DNA of 32,000 nucleotides from Breznakia blatticola (GTDB lineage Bacteria; Bacillota_I; Bacilli_A; Erysipelotrichales; Erysipelotrichaceae): NCBI RefSeq assembly GCF_004365815.1, contig NZ_SODD01000016.1, positions 11,999 to 43,998 of the forward strand, read 5' to 3'. Shown piece by piece: positions 24,710 to 32,000 of this stretch (position 1 is its first letter; each line of letters starts with the position of its first letter). The notes under the pieces were generated by a model. It saw only the letters and a program-made list of their open reading frames with translations, ran no database searches and was not told where the DNA came from. The position numbers and the translations under genes were made by a program.

Positions 24710-25681
24710 ATGAAAAATGTTCTAAAAAACAAGAAGGTAGTAATTTCTACCGTTGCTGGGATCGCGTTGATCGCGTTAATCTTTACGGCTATATTTGTTA
24801 GTACACAACAAGACAAAAGAATTAGCTTAAAGAAAGATGTTGTTGTTGTTGAGTTAGGTGATGAAGTATCATTAGATGCAAAAGATTATCTTGATACAGA
24901 TGATAAGAGTATTTTATCTAAAACGAAAGTATCTACTAATGCGAAAAAGGTAGATGGGATTGTACCTGTAGGGGATTACAAAGTTGACTTGAAATATGGA
25001 GATGAATTATTGACTCAAAAAGTACAAGTTAAAGATACAACTTCACCAGTGTTCAAGGATCCTAAAGCAAAAGTAGAAGTGGATCGTGAATTTGATGGTG
25101 ATTTAGCAACAAACTTCAGCGCAGAGGATCTAAGCGAAGTTAAGATTACAATCGACAGCAAAGATGTTGATCTAAACAAAGCTGGTTCATATAAAGCTAA
25201 AGCAATTGCAACAGATAAATACAAAAATAAAACTGAGCAGGCTTTTGAGGTAGTAGTTGGAGAAAAATCAAAAGCAGAAAAAGAAGCAGAAGAGAAAGAA
25301 AAGGCTGAAGCTGAAAACAAGCAAACAGAAACTTCGAATAACGGAAGTCAAGGAAGTACAACTGGAAATGCTTCAAATGGAACTGCAGGTACAACTGGTG
25401 GTAACAATAATGGAACTGCAGGTACAACTGGTGGTGGTACACAAACACCTGTTCCTTCGAATCCTAATGTGCCAAATGCTTGTACATTCATTAAATGGAA
25501 TAATGTAGGAAATAGTGGCAAAGTTTTTACTGAGTATAATTTTTGGGATGATAACGATTATGAACTTATGGAAATATGGGCATTAAACAATCAGCCTAGT
25601 TGGTCAAACACTTTCACAATCTACAGTATTGATGACAATTGTGGGAATGTGGGAACAACAATAAATTGGGAAACGAACTAA
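24710..25681 (+). CDS. Membrane-anchored surface protein with Ig-like domains, EK-rich and G/T/N-rich linkers
   Basis: The ATG at 24710 follows AGAGGAGAAAG. It has an N-terminal TM helix, two Ig-like segments, and NGTAGTTGG repeated twice. Confidence 0.65.
   Translation: MKNVLKNKKVVISTVAGIALIALIFTAIFVSTQQDKRISLKKDVVVVELGDEVSLDAKDYLDTDDKSILSKTKVSTNAKKVDGIVPVGDYKVDLKYGDELLTQKVQVKDTTSPVFKDPKAKVEVDREFDGDLATNFSAEDLSEVKITIDSKDVDLNKAGSYKAKAIATDKYKNKTEQAFEVVVGEKSKAEKEAEEKEKAEAENKQTETSNNGSQGSTTGNASNGTAGTTGGNNNGTAGTTGGGTQTPVPSNPNVPNACTFIKWNNVGNSGKVFTEYNFWDDNDYELMEIWALNNQPSWSNTFTIYSIDDNCGNVGTTINWETN
25376..25435 (+). repeat. Perfect 27-bp direct duplication (33-bp period) inside the G/T/N-rich linker
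   Basis: AATGGAACTGCAGGTACAACTGGTGGT occurs at 25376-25402 and 25409-25435. Confidence 0.9.
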
Positions 25682-25723
25682 ATTAAGGTAATAGTGAATG
25701 AAGTAAGAAATAATCGAGAAGTA

Positions 25724-25753
25724 AAGCTGATAGAAAAAACTATCAGCTTTTTT
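25724..25753 (+). terminator. Intrinsic terminator 1
   Basis: 10-bp stem AAGCTGATAG/CTATCAGCTT with an A6 loop, followed by a T-run. Confidence 0.75.
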
Positions 25754-25824
25754 AATACCAAAATGAAAGGAAAATCTAATGAAATACAAAAGAATAAGAG
25801 GACCATGATGCATGGTTATCAATC

Positions 25825-25851
25825 AGACAACTTAAATAAGTTGTCTTTTTT
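25825..25851 (+). terminator. Intrinsic terminator 2, 30 nt upstream of the adhesin start codon
   Basis: 9-bp stem AGACAACTT/AAGTTGTCT with a 4-nt loop, followed by T6. Confidence 0.75.
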
Positions 25852-25880
25852 CATTTATAGACAGAGGAGGAAAAATAAAA

Positions 25881-28800
25881 ATGAGAAAATTGAATTTATT
25901 AACAATTAAACCAATCAAAAGACTACTAGTGAGCTTGATGGTTATTTTTACATTTTTGTCATCAATTAGTGTATCTAATATTGACGTTTTAGCTGCACCG
26001 GTAGGGAATGTAAGTGTCGTAAAGACTGGATATACTTTTAGTTGGGAATCAGATACACCAATCAATCCTGCTAATCAAATTATGTCCGCATATGGATATG
26101 AACTTTCTAAGATTTATGCAGATGGGATATTAACAACATGTTTTGATCCAACAGTCGTTGTTTTAACTGGAGGTGGATATAACAGTGATCCAGCCATTGA
26201 GACTGCCACGAGAAAACGCTTAGCAAGATTAGCAGTTGCAAATGATATTAATTCTATGTCCGATGAGGCGTACGCTGCTTTTCAAATCTATCAGCATCAG
26301 ATTATGTTCAGTGCATCCCATGGGTTTAGAGTTACAGCAACAAACGTAAACAACTTACAAGGATATATTAACCAATTTGAAGCAAAGGCAACTTCATTTT
26401 GGACAAAGCCAACTTTTAATTTAGGAGATGGAAAAATCACAGTTGGTGAAACTAAAAAGTTCAATGCAACAAATGGTGTGACTTCTGGTTGGGATGTATT
26501 TAAACAATCAACTGGTGTAACTGCATCTTTTTCAAATGGAGTTCTAACAGTAACAAATAACAATACAACTGATGAAAATATCGAAATACAATTAGTTAAA
26601 AAAGTTGGTGGATACAAAAGACCATCTTTAAATTATAACAAAGTACAATCACAACAACTTGGTATATTTGGTATTAGTGACCCAGACCGTTTTCCAGTAA
26701 ATTTACAAAACTTGCGTTACGGATCTTTAGAAATTGCGAAAATGGATAATCACGGAAATTATATTCCAAATACAAGCTTTGATATTTTCTATAATGACAA
26801 TGGTTCGAAAATTGGATCATATACTACTGGTGCAGATGGGAAAGTGAAAGTTGACCAAATTTTACCTAAAGAAGTAAAAATTGTTGAGACAAGTGTTCCA
26901 GCACCATTGATTTTAGATGCAACACCTTCATATAAGACAATTGTTCCGAACGAAACTGTTTCATACACAAAAACAAACGTTCGTGCTGTTGGTAAAGCTA
27001 CTCTAACAAAAGTCGACAATGATACAGGTGGAACTACTCCACTAGGAGATGCACGATTAGATGATGCTCAATATGCATTAAAAGCAAAAGAAGATGTTTT
27101 AGATCTTGTAACAAATACAGTGATTTATTCGAAAGATGAAATCGTAAAAGAAGAAGTACTTGGTACAGATCTAACAATGATTGTTGAAAACCTACCTGTA
27201 GGTGAATATTACTTTGAGGAAACAGTTGCTTCAACTGGTTATCATTTAGACACAACGAAATACGACATCGATTTAAGATATGTTGATTCTGCAACAGCAG
27301 TGATTGAAAAGTCAGCACAATCAAGAGAACAAGTTATTCTAGGAAAAGATGCATTGTACAAGGTTTCATCAGATGGAACATCAGGAGTATTGCCTTTTGT
27401 AGAAGGTGCTGAGTTCACATGGAAGTTAAAAAGCGAAGTAGACTCAGTTGGATGGGATAATGCTCATACGTACTTTGTTGGTAGAACTAATGCGTTTGGA
27501 TACTTGATTACTGATTATATGCCTTATGGAACTTATCTGCGTGAAGAAACAGATACTCCAGCTAACTGTATTAAAGCTCCAACTAGAGTTGTAACTATTC
27601 ACGAGCAAATTGATGATCCTCAACCAGAAATTGTTAATGATGCACCATTTAAAGCGAAAGTTAAGTTTGTTAAACAAGACGCAGATACAGGGGAAAAAGT
27701 AACTTACGATTACGTTACTTTCAAACTAATTGATACAGCTACTGGTGAATACGTTAAACAAAAAGTTGGAAGTAGATGGATTGATGAATTTACTACAACT
27801 GAAGATGGAACAATTGCTGGAGTGATTACTGGTGAAGCAACTACACCTTTATTACTTGATGTAAGCAAATATGAAATCGTTGAAGCAAAAATTCCGACTG
27901 GATACTTAGATGTTAAAACGCCAATTTACGTTGATGTAAATGATAGTGCAAGCTATGAAATTGATGATAATTTCGATCCAGTGATTACAGTTGTTGTTAA
28001 GAATAAACAACCAAAAGTACAAATTGAATTAACTAAAACATTCGAAGAAATGGAAACTACTTACGACAAAGTAGCTGGTTTTGAATTTAAAACAGTTAAT
28101 GAAGTTATTTCTGCAATTGATGGTTCTGTGCTATATGACGCTGGAGAAGTTATTAACAATCCAAATTCTCCAGATGGATTATGGTACACAGATCCCGTAA
28201 CAGGAAAATTAGTTATTTCTGATCTATTCTTAAGTGCTGGTGAATTAACTACATACACACTTCAAGAAAAAGTTACATCTGAAGGATATGTATTAGATGA
28301 AACAGTTCATGAGTTCGTGTTTGAACAAACAGATACATATACAGATTTGTATATTGAAACAGCTAAAGTTGAAAATAAATTAATTCGCACAAATCTTGAA
28401 GTAGTGAAAACTGATAAGTATACAGGTGAAATCATTATTGGAGTAGAAGGGTTTGAATTTACGTTCGATTACACATTTAACGGAGAAGAATTTTCAGTTA
28501 CAGAAGCTGTTGATCCAGAGACTGGTAAAGCAACATTTAAGGACATCCCTTATTCAGCTGAAGGAACAATTACAGAAACAGCAACTAATGATGCTTACTT
28601 CTTATCAGATGAAATCAAGCAAGTAAAAGTTGATAAAGACTTACCTGGAATCGGTGAAGTATATTCATTTGAATATGAAAATAAAATCAAGCCTACTATT
28701 GGTACTTTAGCAACTGGAATTAATGGCGAAAAAACATTAGACCCTACAATTGATAATGTATTAATCGATGTATCAATGGTAGATGGATTAGATCCTAGTA

Positions 28801-29507
28801 TGATCTTTACTTTTGTTACAAAAGCTTGGATCTATGATGAAGGTGGAAATCACACTTTGTATAAAGAAGTAAGATATGAAAACGTTACTTTTGAAGAAGC
28901 TGATGCAGACTTTATAAGCAAAATTGAAGCAGAAAAAGATTCTCTTCCAGCTGGTGCTAAACTCTTCTTTACTGAAGATATTTACGAAGCAGGTAAAGAT
29001 AATCCTGAAGTAGATACACTTTTTGTGTCACACAATGACCCTGAAGATGAAGGACAAACTGTTCGCTTTGAAGAAACAGAATTTACGATCAATGTAGCGA
29101 AAAAAGACACTGCTACAAAAGAGCTAATTAAATCGAGAGAATTTAAGTTTGAGGCGAAATTCTTCAAAGATGACAAAGAAGTGAAAGTAGAATCATTTGA
29201 TGGTGATACTGACACAGGAATTGCTACACAAACATTTACTGGAATTGGAAATTTCGATTATGTAGAGATACGTGAAATTGAAGCTCCAAAAGGATATGTG
29301 CTATCTGACGAAGTAGTGAAAGTAACACATGAAGACTTTGATGAAGAATACACATATACGTTTGATTACTTTAACTCTTTAATTGAAACTGCAGCACTTC
29401 CTCAAACTGGAGATACTACAAACACAACAGGATTCCTTGCATTATTAACTCTTTCTGCATTTGGTGGTCTTATTGTCATTAAAAAAAGAAAAAGTGAAAA
29501 AAATTAA
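25881..29507 (+). CDS. LPXTG-anchored multi-domain surface adhesin (repeated Cna-B/SpaA-like beta-sandwich domains)
   Basis: Signal peptide, LPQTG (29397-29411), a hydrophobic stretch and a KKRK tail. It has multiple segments of the type G..L.K.D..TG..L.GA.F...-(V/I)-E..AP.GY. Confidence 0.9.
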   Translation: MRKLNLLTIKPIKRLLVSLMVIFTFLSSISVSNIDVLAAPVGNVSVVKTGYTFSWESDTPINPANQIMSAYGYELSKIYADGILTTCFDPTVVVLTGGGYNSDPAIETATRKRLARLAVANDINSMSDEAYAAFQIYQHQIMFSASHGFRVTATNVNNLQGYINQFEAKATSFWTKPTFNLGDGKITVGETKKFNATNGVTSGWDVFKQSTGVTASFSNGVLTVTNNNTTDENIEIQLVKKVGGYKRPSLNYNKVQSQQLGIFGISDPDRFPVNLQNLRYGSLEIAKMDNHGNYIPNTSFDIFYNDNGSKIGSYTTGADGKVKVDQILPKEVKIVETSVPAPLILDATPSYKTIVPNETVSYTKTNVRAVGKATLTKVDNDTGGTTPLGDARLDDAQYALKAKEDVLDLVTNTVIYSKDEIVKEEVLGTDLTMIVENLPVGEYYFEETVASTGYHLDTTKYDIDLRYVDSATAVIEKSAQSREQVILGKDALYKVSSDGTSGVLPFVEGAEFTWKLKSEVDSVGWDNAHTYFVGRTNAFGYLITDYMPYGTYLREETDTPANCIKAPTRVVTIHEQIDDPQPEIVNDAPFKAKVKFVKQDADTGEKVTYDYVTFKLIDTATGEYVKQKVGSRWIDEFTTTEDGTIAGVITGEATTPLLLDVSKYEIVEAKIPTGYLDVKTPIYVDVNDSASYEIDDNFDPVITVVVKNKQPKVQIELTKTFEEMETTYDKVAGFEFKTVNEVISAIDGSVLYDAGEVINNPNSPDGLWYTDPVTGKLVISDLFLSAGELTTYTLQEKVTSEGYVLDETVHEFVFEQTDTYTDLYIETAKVENKLIRTNLEVVKTDKYTGEIIIGVEGFEFTFDYTFNGEEFSVTEAVDPETGKATFKDIPYSAEGTITETATNDAYFLSDEIKQVKVDKDLPGIGEVYSFEYENKIKPTIGTLATGINGEKTLDPTIDNVLIDVSMVDGLDPSMIFTFVTKAWIYDEGGNHTLYKEVRYENVTFEEADADFISKIEAEKDSLPAGAKLFFTEDIYEAGKDNPEVDTLFVSHNDPEDEGQTVRFEETEFTINVAKKDTATKELIKSREFKFEAKFFKDDKEVKVESFDGDTDTGIATQTFTGIGNFDYVEIREIEAPKGYVLSDEVVKVTHEDFDEEYTYTFDYFNSLIETAALPQTGDTTNTTGFLALLTLSAFGGLIVIKKRKSEKN

Positions 29508-30153
29508 AATAATTACTTTGTACTTGTTGTCATGCTTACTTCTTGTAGGCTGTCAACAAGCTACAAAAGAAGAAGTAAAACATAAGGAATCAGAAATAAG
29601 CGTTTCTGTAAAAGACTTATCACCACCGAACATTACACTCACAAAGAATCGAATAGAAATTATTGTAGGTGATGATCTAGATTTATCAAGTTATATAAAA
29701 GTTACTGATAATGTGACAAAGAACATTGAGTACAAACTTGAAGGAGACTATGACAAAAATGTTCCTGGTGAATATGCAATATCCATCTTTGCAAAAGATG
29801 AAGAAGGAAATGCAACGAATAAAGAAATAAAGATCATTGTTAAGGAAAAAGAACTTCCAAAAGAAGAAACAAAAACACCAGCATCTAACACTGTAGATAA
29901 ATGGACTGGTAATTCTTCAACAACTCAAAGCGAGGTAGTACAACCTCCATTACAAATACCATTGAAAGAGAAACCACAAGCTAAGCAGTTTTTATTTTCA
30001 AATGGTTATACAACATCGACAGGAAATAACCCTGCAGATCGAGCATGTTCAGAATACCTGTTTTCTCAACAAGGAAGCGGATATGGAGGACAATGTAAGA
30101 TTCTTTACTCAGAAGATGAGTATCCGATAGGAACGGAAGCTATCTTCTTTTAA
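29494..30153 (+). CDS. Lipoprotein with Ig-like domain
   Basis: The GTG at 29494 gives VKKIKIITLYLLSCLLLVGC (lipobox LVGC). The Ig-like domain is similar to those at 23129 and 24710. Overlaps the adhesin 3' end. Confidence 0.65.
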   Translation: MKKIKIITLYLLSCLLLVGCQQATKEEVKHKESEISVSVKDLSPPNITLTKNRIEIIVGDDLDLSSYIKVTDNVTKNIEYKLEGDYDKNVPGEYAISIFAKDEEGNATNKEIKIIVKEKELPKEETKTPASNTVDKWTGNSSTTQSEVVQPPLQIPLKEKPQAKQFLFSNGYTTSTGNNPADRACSEYLFSQQGSGYGGQCKILYSEDEYPIGTEAIFF

Positions 30154-30178
30154 AGGGGTGACAGTCACTGTCACCCCT
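30154..30178. repeat. Perfect 25-bp palindrome AGGGGTGACAGT-C-ACTGTCACCCCT
   Basis: 12-bp perfect arms, starting 1 nt after the lipoprotein stop. It shares the TGACAGT-N-ACTGTCA core with 20703-20717. No U-tract follows. Confidence 0.7.
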
Positions 30179-30207
30179 AACTTATATGAAAAGAAAGGGG
30201 GCATTAT

Positions 30208-31920
30208 ATGACTATGCTATGGCTAGTTAGTAAAGAAGTTGTTGCAACCAGTGAACTAATAAATAGGAATAGAGAAGAGTTGTTTGAGCTTCAAGAAAAG
30301 AATATTCTCGGAGTAAACGACTTAGATATATTAAATGTAAAGAAAGAAATATCCAATCAGCAAGTCTATTTGAAAATGATGCGTGATGAACAACGACAAA
30401 CATTTAAAGAATATCTTCAAGAACAGGTAGATGATGAAGAATTTAACCTTACAGACAATGTTGATGAAGCAATATATAAGATAGACGACATGATGATTAG
30501 TGGGGATTTTGATATGGGAATTCGAGGTCTTGATCATCATTCGATAAAGCCTGATGCATTGGAATGGGAAGACATCATTGATTTTGGAACATTAATCATT
30601 CCAGAAACAAAAGAATATGTCGGAGATGATAGTGATTATCACCTACGCGAACTGGGATTTAGTCCTTTGGATAAGAGCAAAAACCGGTATGTTGGCTTTG
30701 ATAATGGTGAAGAAAGTGTAGATATTGCTCATTTAGACACTAGGGATGTATTACAAGAATTGGAAGAAAGCACACTACGAAAAATATTAGAAGGTAATGA
30801 AAAAGTGCTTGGATTTGAAGCTACAAGAGATCCAGAATGGATAAAAATTTCAGAACTAAGAAATACTAGAGAATACTTCTCTATTACGGAAGCGTTGAGT
30901 GGAGAAGTAGATATTCTAAAAGAACAAAACATTTTTAATCAAACAGTGAGTCAAATTGATTTTACTGAAGATCACATTATGTACTTGCATGAGACCTTTG
31001 GCTATGAGGAACCAACAAGGATCTTTGTGGATATTGATGGAGTATTAGCTAAATTCAATAATCACTTAGAGTCTTTTGATATTTTGTACCAAGAAGGTTA
31101 TTTCGAAAATCTTGCACCTCAACAAACGATGATAGATACGGTGAATGAATTAAGAAGTTTAGATCATTCAAATATATACATTTTGTCATCTGTATTGGAC
31201 TCACCTTATGCGATACCCGAAAAACTTACCTGGATAGAAAAACACCTTCCTAATTTCCCAAGAGAAAATATTATTTTCTCAGAGTATGGAAAGTCTAAAA
31301 CGGAGTTTATACCAGGACAAATTGGAGAAAAAGATATATTAGTTGATGACTATACAAAGAACCTAAAGGAATGGGTAGATGCTGGTGGGAATGGAATTAA
31401 AGTTCTAAATGGAATTAATAATACAAATGGAACATGGAATGGAAACAAAATATCCATTCACGATTTAAAACTTTCTGAATCACTTCAAAGAAGTGTACAG
31501 AACATTAAGGATGGAAAGACGTTTATAAACGAAAGCAGTCATGTAGATGGAACACTTAATGTGAAAATCAATTACGATTCAAAAAACCCAAATTCAATTA
31601 CAAAACAAATTAAAGAGATTGAATCTGCTTTGACAAAAAACGGATTAGTAAAAAATCTAGCTTGGTCATTATCAGTGGATCAAGAAGTTATTGTTGATAA
31701 TCAACAATTGTCAGCAGATGAACTTAAGGTTGCTTCATCGATTAAGGAAACGTTTTTAGAAAATGATGGGAAATCATTCATTAAATTAGCGAAGATCCAT
31801 TTATCTGATACATCAGGGTTCCATGAAGATCTAAGTGTTGCTCGTAAAGAACAGTTACTGGAGCATATTGAAAAGAGTTTGGATATGACTAAAGAGTACA
31901 TCTTTTGTAGAATAGCATGA
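30208..31920 (+). CDS. 570-aa fusion protein: acidic N-domain + central HAD-type 5'(3')-deoxyribonucleotidase (NT5C)-like domain + C-terminal domain
   Basis: HAD motif I IFVDIDGVLAKFN, motif IV-like ILVDDYTKNL, and IYILSS between them. AAAGGGGG RBS. Confidence 0.65.
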   Translation: MTMLWLVSKEVVATSELINRNREELFELQEKNILGVNDLDILNVKKEISNQQVYLKMMRDEQRQTFKEYLQEQVDDEEFNLTDNVDEAIYKIDDMMISGDFDMGIRGLDHHSIKPDALEWEDIIDFGTLIIPETKEYVGDDSDYHLRELGFSPLDKSKNRYVGFDNGEESVDIAHLDTRDVLQELEESTLRKILEGNEKVLGFEATRDPEWIKISELRNTREYFSITEALSGEVDILKEQNIFNQTVSQIDFTEDHIMYLHETFGYEEPTRIFVDIDGVLAKFNNHLESFDILYQEGYFENLAPQQTMIDTVNELRSLDHSNIYILSSVLDSPYAIPEKLTWIEKHLPNFPRENIIFSEYGKSKTEFIPGQIGEKDILVDDYTKNLKEWVDAGGNGIKVLNGINNTNGTWNGNKISIHDLKLSESLQRSVQNIKDGKTFINESSHVDGTLNVKINYDSKNPNSITKQIKEIESALTKNGLVKNLAWSLSVDQEVIVDNQQLSADELKVASSIKETFLENDGKSFIKLAKIHLSDTSGFHEDLSVARKEQLLEHIEKSLDMTKEYIFCRIA

Positions 31921-32000
31921 CAAATGCAAAGGAAATTGAAAAATCTAGTCAAAACAAATGAACCAGCAATTGCAAAAGTATGACTAAAAGCTAGTCAAAT

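Larger units (their letters stand above)
12794..32000. mobile_element. Left part of a putative integrated plasmid-like/ICE-like element abutting tRNA-Leu(UAA); it continues beyond the window
   Basis: There is an abrupt switch from recognisable housekeeping genes to AT-richer, co-directional, mostly orphan small genes. The block carries XRE regulators, ParA/ParB-like proteins, a sigma-like factor, an LPXTG adhesin and lipoprotein/Ig-like envelope proteins. The boundary coincides with a tRNA 3' end. Confidence 0.55.

Noticed and set aside
25197-25508. ORFs on both strands (83 aa each) within 24710-25681
   Set aside because: They are alternative-frame or antisense readings of the low-complexity EK-rich and G/T/N-rich linker of a better-supported gene.
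25694-25909. 71-aa K/N-rich ORF between the surface-protein gene and the adhesin gene
   Set aside because: It reads straight through two canonical intrinsic terminators and the adhesin RBS and start. It has no RBS of its own.
26297-29215. Minus-strand ORFs inside the LPXTG adhesin gene (26297-26617, 26789-27019, 27034-27324, 27444-27677, 28061-28258, 28982-29215)
   Set aside because: They are antisense to a 1208-aa ORF with a signal peptide and sorting signal. None has an RBS or a recognisable motif.

Overview
Low-GC Firmicutes-type DNA in two parts. (1) About 1-12.8 kb is a recognisable housekeeping backbone. It carries feoA-feoA-feoB plus a Cys-rich membrane gene, a DtxR-family repressor and an ArsC/Spx-family gene on the minus strand, SAM-I riboswitch-metK, and a Met-specific T-box-metG. 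It also carries GNAT, nitroreductase, MerR-family, AraC-family and map genes, tRNA-Asn, an IMPase-family gene, and a tRNA-Leu(UAG)/Cys/Leu(UAA) operon. (2) From just 3' of tRNA-Leu(UAA) (~12.8 kb) to the window end the sequence looks more AT-rich by eye. It is almost entirely plus-strand and mostly encodes small proteins I cannot recognise. This block has plasmid/ICE-like hallmarks: two XRE regulators, a ParA + ParB-like pair and a sigma-region-4/ArpU-like protein. It also has a 1208-aa LPXTG multi-domain adhesin flanked by three Ig-like-domain envelope proteins, and a HAD/NT5C nucleotidase fusion. I read it as the left part of an integrated mobile element that continues past 32000. No integrase, relaxase, T4SS ATPase, CRISPR array or reverse transcriptase is visible in the window. 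The most unusual signals are non-coding. (a) A 242-bp array of 21 phased 11-12-bp A-tract repeats with a 35-bp super-repeat (24335-24576). (b) The array's repeat cores (CGACCA/TTGACCA) recur as short perfect palindromes elsewhere in the island. (c) A TGACAGT-N-ACTGTCA palindrome lies just upstream of parA and recurs as a perfect 25-bp palindrome at 30154. (d) A 790-bp ORF-poor stretch (13131-13921) holds three repeated leader-like modules, a type-I-toxin-like 35-aa hydrophobic peptide ORF, and an orphan near-consensus minus-strand promoter plus terminator (candidate ~125-nt sRNA). (e) Two tandem intrinsic terminators sit directly in front of the adhesin gene. All coordinates, motifs and folds were read by eye. 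No database search was run.
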